From contig NW_002060943.1 of NCBI RefSeq assembly GCF_000150275.1, positions 11,966,878-12,030,877 on the forward strand: a stretch of DNA of 64,000 nt, read 5' to 3'. The notes beneath the pieces were generated by a model. The model was not told the DNA's origin and did no database searches. It saw only the letters and a list, made by a program, of their open reading frames with translations. This document shows, piece after piece, positions 26,701-40,500 of the stretch (its first letter is position 1; every line of letters begins with the position of its first letter). Made by a program: the position numbers and the translations under genes. The stretch is from Trichoplax adhaerens (Eukaryota > Animalia > Placozoa).

Positions 26701-29700
26701 AAGCAAATACCGGTAAGTATATATTTAAATTTTTGTTACTTTGTATACAATGAACATTAAAAGTAATCTTTCATCCATTGGTATATCACACTTGATATTG
26801 TAACATACGCAATGTTACTGTTATCATATATCTACATGTGGTATGTATGCCGTTATCTAGTTCCGGTTTGTTAGTGTTAGTACATATAACTTCAACTGTA
26901 AATGGAATATCCTACGAAGATGGACTGGCATTGTGTAAGTTTAATCTATATTCATATCGTTAATAGTTTAACAATTAGCTTGATCAGTACAAGTCATATT
27001 CATAAAAAGTCAATAATGATCAATGTCTAGCATAATACAGTATGTTCCTATTAAACTTGTAAGTAGTTGAATATATCATTTATTATTGTTATAGTCCGCA
27101 TAATTTTAAAGGATGATGTTCCGTACGATTGCAACATTGTTTCCACTTTGCAATTATCAGAAAATGCTCCTAAACCGGTATATAGAGATTCTTATATTGG
27201 AGCAATGATACTTAGTTTCTCGTAGCTAATAATGCTACACTCCTAGTAAAAACTATCAACAACTTCAAATTATTCAATAGGTTTCCTCCGAAGATAATGA
27301 ATGGACTTTACATATTTCTACTGGAAATGCTGGAGAATTTGTTTTTATTAGGACAATTGATGACATTTATTATTTATTCGGTAATGAAATAAAGTTAAAG
27401 CGGTAGATTACCATCAACAGACATTTTATCATCATTATTTTCGTATAATTCGCTTTGATAGAAAGCAATATCATTCCAGTAGTGAATTTATCGCGTTACG
27501 AACTCATTCTTGGTTCTGGTAAGTGCTTTACCCTGATAAAACTACATGTATTTCCTTCCTCATTTATATAACGTAATATGATGGTTGTTTCATTTAGGCG
27601 CAATAAATGGTGTATTGCTATATATTACTAGCCGTGGGGCAGTAAATGCCTTATTTCCTAAAGCAACAAGTTTAATCAGGTATTTCAGCACGGGGATTCA
27701 TAGAATCATTGAAATGAAATTATAGACCTGTGTTCAACTATACAATGCTGTAATTATGACATTTACTAGTCTAACAAGTTCGAAACATGAAAATGCTTCA
27801 AAGCATCCAAATGTGGAAACATCAATCAAGTATAAGGTAGTGTCCGGAAGAAGTGTACTGAGTTTGGTTCTGCATTAAAACGTAATAAATGTCTGTAATT
27901 GTTGGTATATGTGTTATTTTAGGGAGACTATTCTTCCATATTGAACGATACGGAGGGTGATATGCCTGGTATCTTGCGAGCGGCTTTTATTCAATACACA
28001 GGAGACGATTTTGTAATAAACAAATTTTTTTACTTTAAAATTTATCGATTAGATATTTTTGACAATGCTAACTCGATGTTATATGGAATGTATCTGTACC
28101 GGCTTACATTTTTAATCAAATTAAGTATTAATAATTTTCTTGTCAGGATACTGCTGAACAAATCTGCAATGATATTTTTCCGACTACTGTTGGTCCAGTT
28201 TTAGACAATTCAATAATCGAAGTCAGTAGGAAATTAATCGACGAACCTCCTTCGGCAGATCCAAGATGGGCACATTCTTTGACTCCAGGTAATTTAAATA
28301 TGAGTAGCTTCATTGATAATGCACAACTGATGCAATAATTTAACGTTGGCAATAGATTTTTAATCTTAAACGCCTAATATTTGAGCTATGATTTCTCTAT
28401 TCAATAACTATATAGAAGGGACATCTACCAGCTCTGTAATAATAATCCATCAATTAGAAGATAAACTACGCACGCATAGTCATTATCTGGAGTTTTTGTC
28501 CAATTTAAATCTTCTAAGTAGAGTAAGTCAATGGTATTGTAACTGCGTAAAATGCTAATTTTGAATTATTTCAGTTCTTCAAAGCAAAATATGAATTTAT
28601 TATATTAAGAAACTTTCATTATTGTATACTGCAGGTCACAGTATGTAATGTTAATGATCGAAAAATTTCAACCCTCCGAAGTTTGTGCGAGCACGCCGAA
28701 AAAGTTTGTGCCGCGGTTGCCCTACGAAGTTTACATATAAAGTGCGATCGTACAAACAATAGCCATCACTTAAAATATTGTACTGTAAAGTAGTGACAAT
28801 TCTGAAGGCATTCTGGTTAAAATGATATCGCATTAACTATTTGCTTTCTTGATTCGATAGAAATCCCGAATTAATCGACACTGTCATTAAGCTGATCATG
28901 CAAGATCGTGGTCTGAAGTCTTCAGTGATTTTGACATGGCAAGATTTATTTTATAAAGATGTAGGTGTTTGATTGTCGGACGTGAAGTGTACATGTTATA
29001 AATAAATATTCCTTAAGATGCTGTTATGCTTACGATGATAAGTAGAAATTTAACCGATATTTTTAAACTATTAGTTTCAATCGCTTTCGATCATATCAAA
29101 AAGACTCATTTCGTTCTTTAGGTTTCTATGATTGATGACGTCTTGCCATATTTAGTAAATTATGAAATGGAAATGTGCCAATCGCAACTAAAGCAGCCTG
29201 AAAAAATAGGCCAGCTCGTAGATGACATAAGTTTTATTATTACGGTAACATCAGATAGCACATTATTACGGCTATCATTGAAAACCTATTTTATCGCATA
29301 TTAATAATATTTATTATAGGAAGTGCTACAGGATGCTTTAAGATGTCGTAGAAATTTTGAAGCTAAATATATTCAAGATTCTTCATATCAACAGTTAGAA
29401 TATATTCCTTGGACAGGTAATGCTAACGTTATATTATCAAAGCTTTGGCGTAAAATTGTATTGGTTTCTTGGATGTCTTTAGTAATTGTTGTTATTATAA
29501 CTTAGCTTCTACTGGTTTAAAAGGAGCTAGAACTACATTTTTACAACAGGTACTTTTATCTTTTCTAAATTTCTAACTTAACGATAGTTAAATCTAATAA
29601 CTGACTTATTGAACTTGCATTTCAGCATGCAATTATAGTAGAAAGAGTCTTCGATCAAGACATAGGACCACAAGTTCGTTTTTTATTAGTAATGTATTAA

Positions 29701-32010
29701 TCATCAAATTAATAGTTATGCATGCTATTGCTTATGTTTGTTTGAAATTGAATTCACAGATTAGGGATAGCTTATTTACTCGCTTAGTGGATTTGACTAC
29801 TCTAATTTTGACAGGTTACGAAGATCAGTTAAATTCTTTGAGGTGAGTTTATTTATGTGAATGTTAAATTGCGATGCATTAAAAGTATTGAATGCTTCTT
29901 CCATGATCGATTTATGTAGATTTTGCAATAATAAAACCAGAATGAAGGAGGTGCTGGAATCTTTTGAGAAGGATCGTTGCACGCTTATCAGGCCTCTTTG
30001 TTAGTTAAAATATTATTGCTTATGCAACCGTCTATAGAATATAATAGTTTAGTTATATTATCGTCTAGTGGATGGTAAGCAAACCGTAAGAGCTGCAACC
30101 TTGGCTGAGAAATTTTACGATTTTGAATCGTTGGTTCGATTATGCGAAGAGGATAATAATAAAGATCAGTTGCAAGAATATATGATACAGTTTGCACAGC
30201 AGGTAAGATATTTGTATTCTTTAGGCCTATTTTTGACTTTGCGAAATGTTTTACAAAATGTCGATAAATCCTCTTTATTTCCCACTACCTCCTCGTAGGG
30301 TTTTCCACAGTTTGTCTTCCAATGGTACTTGAGTAGAGGTAAATAATAGCTATTAATTCCAATAGCAACTAGCAGCAACTGTATTGCTTATTGTATTTAC
30401 TGTATACTATAGGTGAATATCGTAAGCTCCTGGAGTTACATGATTCTCAGGATGTAAATTTAAAAAACTTTTTGAGATCTCGACCCAATTTGAGCTGGAT
30501 TCACGATGTAAAAATTGGCGCATTTACGGATGTAAGTAAATGTTACACTGTATCTAAGATACTCCCAAAGCTGTTATAGACACGGTATATTAACTTACTG
30601 GCCCCTTGATTGCGTGATAATGTAGGCGTCACATACATTAAAAGAATTAGCCGAAAACGAAAAGGACTTACTGTCAAGAAAAGAAGTAAGTAATAATCTT
30701 TTCAAAATTCCTTAATGGTTGTGCGCTTACTATTTCATCATGTTATAAAGACATTTCTTAGCTTAAGTAAGCTATCTCTTCTGGCATCATCGGAAGAGAA
30801 TAATGCAATGGAATTAGCTGGAAGGCTGAAAGGTAATTACTTAATACTTTATCAGTGGAAATCAATTCTCATCGATTGCTATCTTACGTATTGTCTTCGA
30901 AATATAAGGAGCTCGCATATTCTTAAGTGTCGGTCTTCATATTTTTATAGCAACAAATACTGAGCTAGATGTGGTCAATTACCAAATGGTATTACCAGAA
31001 ACGGTCGTCCAGGTATGTCTTCGATGTTATTGCAAATTAGAACTGTTCATATTCGCATTTAAATGTAGAATTTCCGCACTATGTAGGAATTATTCGGATC
31101 TCCAGATTCTATGCCACCCTTAACAGTTCCAGACATAATTGAGGTAAAATTATCATAAATAGTTGTTCATTACTACAAAAGATTTTTAATGGTCAATGTT
31201 GATTTCATCTCTAATTCAGGGTTTTGTCGGAGATAAAAATGAAGATGCAAGTGAATATGACTTCAAAAACGCACTGGACCTACTGGATCTTCGCGGGGTC
31301 AGTTCTATATTTTTGTCTTTAAGTATTGGTTATTAAAGCAAACGCGCAGTAATATTAGTGAACATAGTGCCAATATTGTACTTTAAAGTAGCTATAGTTT
31401 GCTCGGCACATACACTGTGAAGTTGCAATATGTGACGGTTTATTATTTACACAGTATTTTAAAAATAAAAAACAATACCTTGCGATAGTGTTAGAATTAC
31501 ATTCGGTGTTTTTTGTCAATTTAGCTTGATACCGATGGCCACCAAAAACTACGACTCTATATATGGTCGAAAGCTATCCTTCGAGACAAGTACAGCATAT
31601 TTACTTGTAATTTTAGACTTGCTTTATTCAGTCATCGACGTATTTAATATTTCCTTAACTTGGTCCTTTGAGCAGATGGACGGAAATGGAAAGTAGTGAT
31701 CCATTACTTGTTGCACAAGAAACAATATTCTTCAAAATAATCCAACTTGGTTATGAGCAAGGTATTCGTGTAAATGTTTGACATTTTGGAATAAATTTAA
31801 AAATTTTTAAATACATCACTTTGGAAACCAATTATGTTCTTCGAAAATTAAAATCGCTTTCTGCCTATAGGAATTTCACTAAAGGATTTTGTCCCTACGA
31901 TCGATGAATTGAAAGGAAGCGATTTGCTGATTTCTGCAAACCTGTCTTTTAATCCAAATTTTCAATTCTTAATTCAGGCTGTGTACGAATACATTTCGCA
32001 GGCTTGCTAA
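23747..32010 (+). CDS. NUP133: Nuclear pore complex protein Nup133, ~39 coding exons
   Basis: GCC-ATG at 23747 (MLNSSNRK...). Motifs: GTLPVQLSERL, GWSYIIFKNNLFVWK, GIVRYWP, GIGRRISSFF, LIDEPPSADPRWA, HQLEDK, LCEHAEK, YIPWT, LAEKFYDFESLVRLCE, LSWIHD, TFLSLSKL, IWSKAILRD. C-terminus NPNFQFLIQAVYEYISQAC, stop TAA at 32008-32010. Confidence 0.93.
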
Positions 32011-32124
32011 TAATATTAACACCTGAAAAATGTAATGCTACTGTATACTTAACGAATGTTTATACTGTAATAATTTGATTTCGAGGCTCAATCGTAAATC
32101 TGTATCGAAATTATTTGTATTTTA

Positions 32125-32130
32125 AATAAA
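32125..32130 (+). terminator. Probable polyadenylation signal of NUP133
   Basis: AATAAA 115 nt after the stop codon, followed by T-rich sequence. Confidence 0.45.
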
Positions 32131-32833
32131 TTAGAAGTACCTTTGCATTTGTTATTTTTGCATCTGCTTAGACTATTCTATTCCTTAAAGTATCTTTGTT
32201 TGTAAAGTATCTTTGTTAATGAAATGAAAAGGTAATAAATAAAGTAAATTATTACTGTAATATATAAGATGACTGTTTTGATAGGTTAAAGTATACAGAG
32301 CTTTGACCTTATTTTACAAAGTGCTTACAAGAGTACTCGCATAATCTATTCGAAATATTTTGTGCATGATAAGGGCCTCATTAGAGTAATTTTTCTTATT
32401 TGCTTTTCGTTATAGACTGGAAAATTTGGGAGAAAGCTAAAATTGTTAGATACAAGTGAATCTAACTAGCAGTTTTACTTTTTTACATAGTGTAATTGTA
32501 AAATATTTTAGAAGTTATCAGACAGAACTCTGATTGGCTATTTCCAATACCATATTTGTAGTCTAGAATTAGCGGGCTTGTGAGGGTACTTATAAGATTG
32601 TGAACTGCTAGATTTCAGTGGGGTGTGATAACTTTGGTACTGAACTGCTGTTCTTTGCAAGCAAACAAAGCATGATAGGTTGTAAATGATTTATCTTGTT
32701 TTAAATTGGCACTAGTACATTCTTTTGTTGTATTTTTACTTAAACTGAATCATCGGTGTTGTCTTACGAGCTAGTGAACAATTCTATGAGTAGCAGTGTT
32801 TTTGAGAAACAAATAATCACCAAATCCTAGCGC

Positions 32834-32896
32834 TCACGGATATGGTGCCTGTGATGGAGGGTTCGATATCTCAGAGGATTGAGATTTAGTCGCCAT
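32834..32896 (-). CDS. Candidate 20-aa small ORF (MATKSQSSEISNPPSQAPYP) of an unannotated short transcript
   Basis: It is the first ATG downstream of a TATA/Inr pair and has a strong context (taaATGG). No recognisable homology. Confidence 0.3.
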   Translation of the reverse strand: MATKSQSSEISNPPSQAPYP

Positions 32897-33056
32897 TTAC
32901 AATTATTACAACAAAGAGTTTATAAAAGTTATGCTTATTGTAGGTTAGTAATGTGAAGTACAGTGAGGTAGTTACGGTAGATCGCGTGCAAGCTGTCGTG
33001 AGTAACGAGTAGAAGTATTAGACTGTGAGAGACTAACTAGAAGACTAACTGAGAGG

Positions 33057-33093
33057 CTAATGAAATCTGAGGTAGAAATCGCCGGTATTTATA
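33057..33093 (-). promoter_or_regulatory. TATA box + initiator core promoter
   Basis: TATAAATA at 33093-33086 and an Inr-like TCATT with its A at 33061 (32 nt spacing), followed by a pyrimidine-rich, ATG-free leader. Confidence 0.5.
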
Positions 33094-34548
33094 GTTTTAA
33101 AGATAGAGCACATGCAGAGAATAAGATTGTGGAATTAGATACAACATATACCATAACAGGTTACAAAATAGCAGATGATTGTAGAAACAGCGAGTACCGT
33201 AATAACTAAATACAGTAGTCTATATATGAATGTAGAGTAAATCGTAAGCACGGATAAGAAATAACTTGTACACTCAGACACCAAAAACGCGCTTATTACA
33301 CGGTATAGAGTTACCGAACCTCTGACAGGTCTACGACAAATGGTAATATACTATCTGTTAAATGAGCACATTATCGTAAACCGTCGGCAAAGCGACGGGA
33401 GTTTGCACTAGTCTTAATTAATTCAATAACAGCTGCAATATGCAATGCACAATAAGGTACCAATTACAATTAAATCATATATTTTTTTATTTCATTTTAA
33501 GCATAAAAGAATTCAAGAAATTTATTCGTTTAACGATTTGCTTGACAATTTATCACGCATCCTTAGTTGAAAGCGAGGTTGAAGTTGCAATTTATGAGCA
33601 TAAAGTTGTAATTAAGATTTCGTCATTTTCATTATTGTTATATAAAAAATCAGTATGTAGAAAGATCAACTTTAATGCAATAAAACAAACATTTGAAAAT
33701 AAACAAGAAGATATTACACGCTAGCGACTTAAACACATTACACAGTAAAACTGACTAAATGATACCAATTAAATAACTTAACTTATAGCGCTTGCTAATA
33801 TCATGTCAATTTTTCTATATTGCGTCACTGTGCTAATTGTAATTTGATACCATATGCATGTCATATAAATATTACAAAGAATCACTTACAAAATAAGATT
33901 ACGTTCATAGGAAGGCTTTCTTAAAACAATCATATACAGCTATTATTAATGCTCCTTATTCATTTATCAGCATAGAATAGATATTACAAATACTGTATGT
34001 GTTCAATGACATGTGATTTATCTATATATATATATATGATTTTACGTTATAGTGCAGCTAAAACCTGTTCAGTATCATAGATATATAAGCTTTTATCGAT
34101 ATTATATACCGGATTGTCGAAGATTTAAATCGGTCAGGTAATTATGAGCTCGAAAAAAATAGGTAATGTTATATAAGATTTCGCACAGTAAATTGAATCC
34201 AATACGATACAATTAAACCATTGTGTTAATACCATTTTTTAAATAAACATAATATAAGCAATGCATATCAATTGTCGGTGCCAGAATTATCGCAAGACAA
34301 CAAACGAAATTCCCTATTTACTTCACGTGTTAATACTTACAAAGGTATAGTTAAATGGATAATAGTATTGGTGAGCAATTATCGGTACTGAAAATAAGGG
34401 CTCGTGTATTTTAGTGTTATTAATACATAATTAATTTTAATTTGTCATTGCGAAAAGTGCTCCAGTTGATAGTAATATTATCCTAAAGCTAAGTAGTAGA
34501 AATACTAGTACTGCACAACTTAAAAATATAGCATGAGCATAAATAAAT

Positions 34549-37500
34549 TTACGTATTATTTACAAGAAGTTGCTGTTCTCGTTGGTACTGATCTCTAAAA
34601 CAGTCACCAACGGGGAAAAATTCCCATCTTCTCTGTTGATATAAACCCCATACATAAGATTCCTAACACAAAAAGTTCGTATCAGAGTTGCAACAGAAAG
34701 CTACAATTATTTTCTCTACGAATAAAATAGAGAATACAGTTATTCAAGTATTGCTCATAGATAAATTTACCTGCCCAGTATATTCCGTTTCGGGTTTTTC
34801 AATCAAGTGTAACAAAAAAAACCTGAAACCAACAAAGCATATCACTATAGGGGTCTCATACATCAACAAACGATGTCATAATTAAGTAAATTCGGTAACA
34901 AGACACTTACATATAGTTAGCGAGATTGTGCTCTTTCTCTACATGAATATCAAACCCATGTGGTACTTTGTCAAAGTGTTCTTTTCCGATTCCACAAATG
35001 AAACATTTATTCTAAAATGTGTGTACCATGACATAGTCAACAGACTTGTAAATGTCATTAATTGTAACAAGTAATTGAAATAATAAGCACCTCTAGGTCT
35101 TCTTTGACAGATTCTTGTTTATCACGAAGTTCGCCAAAAGCATCAATAATTAAACCTATAATTGTATGTGGTTCCAATAAAAAAAATTATCAATAACTTG
35201 ATATGACTCACGTAAGAAATTTAATATGAAAGTTTTCAGTCATCCTTATACGTAATTGCTTAACCTTGCACAATAGCTAATAGAATAACGATTACAAAGA
35301 AGAAGAAGGTAAAATCAAAAGCGATTCTTTCATATTCGTATAAGTCACCATCAGCAGGATCGATCGTATCACCTATAGTTTTCAGACATTTAGCATAGGT
35401 ATGTGTGTAATAGACGTAAAAATTCGATGCAAATTTGTAATGTAATTTTATCAATTAATTATAATTTCATCTACAGTTAGATAAACTTACCAATTCCACC
35501 GCCAGATCGTAGACCAGAATTGAGATGAAACATAAAACACTACAATGAAGAATAAATAAAGGACCAAGATAGTGTTGAGTAATTGTCTTATAGCAGTATC
35601 ATGGAACTTGCTAGTTTTTGCATACCGTAAACATGTGATCACATTTGTACTCTGGTCTGCCTCTAATTTCTCTACTGTAGTACTGGCGGAAGAAGTTAAA
35701 TGCTACCACAGCGTAAATATAAATCACCACAGCCATCATTAACAGCGTCATTATTAGCTAAGATGATAAAAAAATGAGATATGTTGAAAAATTTGAGTAA
35801 TGAATTATTAGTAATGAGTAAAATATTTCGTAGGCTATACGGATTAACATTACCTGCCGGCCGTGATGAGTAACAGATTGCAATACGGTACTCAGAGTTT
35901 TATTACCGAAGCCAAAGTCGATCAAGTGCACGGCGAAGAAGAAATTATTCAAACAATTTCCAAGTAAGGAAAACAGCAAGTAAAAGAGTAGATAGATAAA
36001 ATTCTAGGATGCAACGAAAAAATAGTTTTAATCATTTTAAAAGGAATTTTTATACCTAAAAGGTAATTTTCATTATTAGCCGTTTACCCTGTCAGTACAT
36101 ATTACTCCAATCCTCCATATCCAGTATTTTAAATCCAATAATTCAGCCCTATATGGTACAATGTTAGTATTTGTGGTATGATAAAAATCCTTCATATTGG
36201 CCTTACTTTTCGCTCATTGAAATCACAAACTTACATCTTCTGTATCCGCCCCTTTTCAGAAGCGTTCTCGTCGTCTTCAATATTCAATATTTGTGTTATA
36301 CGATGGTAATCATTATCGTGTTCACTATATTTATCTCGTACCTATAGTATTATAATAGCAAATCAATTAATAATAAAAATTTATCTCTATTGCTTCTTTG
36401 TGATATTTCAGTATCTAGACAAACAGCATGAAGCTACTTACTTTGCGTTTTATAAACTTATCCCAATACATTGACGGAAATGATCTTAAATATAAAGGTA
36501 TACATATAAATTCCTAAAGGTTAGCCTGCGAATGATTATCTGTTTAGATAAACTCATTATTCCAAGGGCCTACCCGCAATTAATGACTATACCATCCCAC
36601 CAATCGCGATAATCCTGACTACGAGACTTTGTTACCCAGTAACCATCAAATTCTAACTTTCGAGCAATTTCTTTTTCTCTTTTAAATATGGCCAATGGAA
36701 CCTACACAATTATAAAATAAATTGGATAAAAGATATATACCAGAGGCCATCACTTAATGTAGCTCAAGCCGGTATGCAATATCTACATTGTCTGCTATCC
36801 AGTAAAATGTATAACCTTTAAATTCCAATAAGCAATTAGTGTTGCAATGGATGCAAGAAGATGCAAAATTGGTAGTATGATTAATGCCAAATCTAGGTAG
36901 TTATTGCTACTATCCAAAATAATACTGTTGCCCAAAGATGACAAAGTTTCATTCTTTTCAGTAACAGGTGTGACCTAAAAATCAAAATGGAAGATGATAG
37001 AATCAGATACCCTACATCCTACCTAACCAATCATACATTTTACTCCTAATGGCTATAAACTTACTTTACAAAATAGCAAGATAATATTAATTCCAAAAGC
37101 TATTAATAGAGCAATTATTCTCGATGCGTAGTAGCTTCTTGCAAATAAAGACTAAGAATACACCGTAGACATTATTAGTAGTTTTACGTTCTTATTATGA
37201 AGATATATGAATACTATGTACTAGTCCAAAATTTAACTTATTACCAAAATCGTTTGTTTCGCTGCTGCTATTTTCGGTTTATAAGAATGTTTGCCTTCAC
37301 CATCTTCCTCGTTATCCCAATCAAATTCAATCATTACATTTTCACTACTACTACCCATTATATTACTGAACGATTTGATAGTAAAATTGGCTAAATGAGT
37401 TAAAAGAAAACTGATCGCTTTGCTTCTTTTTCGAACATCAGTAAAGCTAAAAAGGCTTTTAAATTTTTGTAGATGAGGGAATATAAATTCCACACGGCTA

Positions 37501-40500
37501 GCTTTAGTATCTTTCTTAGCTAAATTACTAAAATTTAATGTGTGACTGTAATAATGTAAAGAAATGGAAAGTAAATTTAGAACACTTATTGAATTGAAGG
37601 TCAAGTAATCAAGAAAAAATAGGCGATAATAATTAATATGATGCAATGTGCACGTTACTTACTTGATCCAAATCCATAAAAGCATAAGAAATCGAGCTGA
37701 AAAGCTTATAGGTAAGATCACGCAAAAAAGCATTAATTTTAAAAAGGCTAGAGGAGAAACGGAATTTTTTATGGTTTTCCAACTTAGTTTTTTCCGTATT
37801 GACGATAGAAAAGGTCTACATAATGAAAAAATCAAGATTTTCATTACTTCAGTAACTTGATCTAGTAAAAATTAGGATTAAGCTTCATTATAAGAGTATT
37901 AGAAAGCTAAAATTTTGGTATCAATACTTTGGTGATGGAACATCAAAATCCCTTTCTCGCTTTTCCAATGCACGTTGAATCTGTTCAGCTTTAGCGGTTC
38001 CACTAATTCTAGCACCGTATTGCATCTAGTTTACGACGTACATATTACGTATATAAAGTTTAATAATTCGTTACAAGCTAGCAACGAATTTTATTTTGTA
38101 ACATTTCATTTTACAGCACACCTCAAAAATAGTATCTTCGCAAAAGCCAACGAAGTTTTCAAGTTTCTCTTTATCCGCATTGCCATTAGTCACTACGTCA
38201 CGTAAGAATGTCCGTTTCGAATCCTGTATTTAACGAAATATAATTGTCGGTAATCTTATAGCTTAATGATTTTGCAGCGGTTATTTCTTTTTAAAAGCAC
38301 GAAATTTTCTGTAATGTTTAGTGTTCGTATTAAAACATTTTAGCAACACAATACGCACTTGTATTTGTGGTTTCTGCCATTGATCAATATGTTCCGTTTT
38401 AATTTCGAAATACACTCTTTCAATTCTTTGACTCGGACCTAAGATTTCAATCCTCCCCAGACTTGATTCAAAATAAGTCATAATTCCTGAGATCAGGTCT
38501 TCCAGGTGGGCTAACCTTGGATCATCAGGAACATGGTCAGTTAGATTTGCAATTAAAACGGCTAGATTGAAACCAATTTCTTGAGCAGGCCTTTGAAATC
38601 TTTCAGTAAATTCCATATAATCTAATTTGCCATCATGATTGGTATCTGCGCATTTTAGTAAATAATCAATCTCAGTTGATGAATAAATTTTATGTTGTTC
38701 CATAGCTTTTTGAAATTCACTTGGGGATATCCATCCATCTCCATCTATATCAAATTCTTTGAAGGATTTAGAACTACCCAAATCATTTAATTTTAAAAAC
38801 ATGTTGAAAAATTTTAATATCATTTCGATGTATTCAGATGAATCTATGATCGTTTCCATTAATTGTTTAGCAATTGAGCCCGAATTAGCATTACTACCTT
38901 CTAACATACTCAATAACATGATCACCATCTCAGAATGCAATTTTAGCAATTCGCGCAATAATTCTAGATGGCAAGTCTCTTTAGATAGCTTCATTTGCAA
39001 ACATGCAAACACATGCCAAAAACCGCCTACAGCATCCCATAATCGACTATTTGACATAGTGAATTGATTAGCCACACATGGACCTTGTATATATTCAGTT
39101 AATGTCCGAAATACCTGTTTGGCTACACGAATAGCTTTACTAAAATTTTCTCTTCCTTGTATATCAATAATTTCTTTACTCGAGTAATGCCAATAGAAGT
39201 CACTAATAGATTCTTGTAAGCGCAATAAATAATCAACGGTGCAAACTATGATATTCACTGTAGTTGTATTTCCAGCCTGCGTTCGCAAATAATCTTGAAA
39301 TTTCAGATTATGACCCTCGCACAATAATTGTAGAAATCGAAATAATGAACAAATAAATTCGATATTATGGATAGCACTACCCGCAGCTACATCACTAAAT
39401 CCTAAGCCTAGTATTTCAGCTTTAGCGCTACGCTCATATGTATCCAAATCGAGAACACTACAAGATGTAGTCAATTTAGCTAAACTTGTAAAGAAATTGA
39501 CATTTCGTGTCGATTGCAAATATTTTAACATGATTTCTTGTACATTTTGATTACCACCTCGAAGTAAAGATATCCCTAACCGTAAGATACTAAGTATAGT
39601 AGGGCTTACAACACCATTACTTTCAGTTAATAGTATTAATACCATTTGTGCTGCATTGCGCTCGGCAAGTCTACTTTGCTGCTGATCTAATCGTCGTTTA
39701 GCTCTTTCACTTTCTTCAAATGTTGACGCTGATCCATCTTCAACATCATCATCGTCATCCTCTTCACTGAATTTGATACAACTCTCACTCATGATATCGG
39801 CGTAAATTTTATACAATTCGCTATCAGCGTTAAAGTCACCTTCGTGATTGCTAGCATCACGACAAATCGTTAATACCAATTGCGACAATGGATCGGACTC
39901 TAAAGGGTTGTCCTCATCTACTTTTATACTTGTTAAAGTCTCAACTAAAGCGTTGCCATCACACTTTTCACCACTTAGCCATAGCTCACGATAAACATCA
40001 ATAAAAACATTAACAGCTCGATATTTAGGCAGATTATACAATGGCACTCTAGTAAAGCATTTCATAATTGCTCGTTTGCGTTGTTGCGATAAGATTTTTT
40101 TCCATGACTTGGTGATTGTTTTTTGTGGATTATCCACAATATGTAACCGATGCAGTACACGAGAATATTCCATTATTTTTAAAGCAAGCTCTTTTTGAAC
40201 GTCATCAAATGATAATCCCAATATTAACGCAGCCGATGATGTTACAATCCGCTTAGCCCATCTTGATTCATCTCCCATCTTACGCACCTTATTTATTACA
40301 TAAAACAACACATCGCTGTCTGTTTCTTTCTGTATTAATTTTGACTTAGCTTCATGCATTAATTGTCTTTGTGCTAAATTAATAAAGTTAAGACCAACAG
40401 CTAACAGTTTTCTTACACAAACGATAACTAAGCTACTGTTGCTTTGATTGCCGTTACTGCTCTCTTGAAATAAATTATAAGATGTAAATCTGCTTCGGCC

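Noticed and set aside
32830-32842. Antizyme-like +1 frameshift or selenocysteine read-through at CCG-TGA of the small ORF
   Set aside because: The +1 frame stops after 2 codons. Read-through adds only 20 unremarkable residues and no SECIS was recognised.
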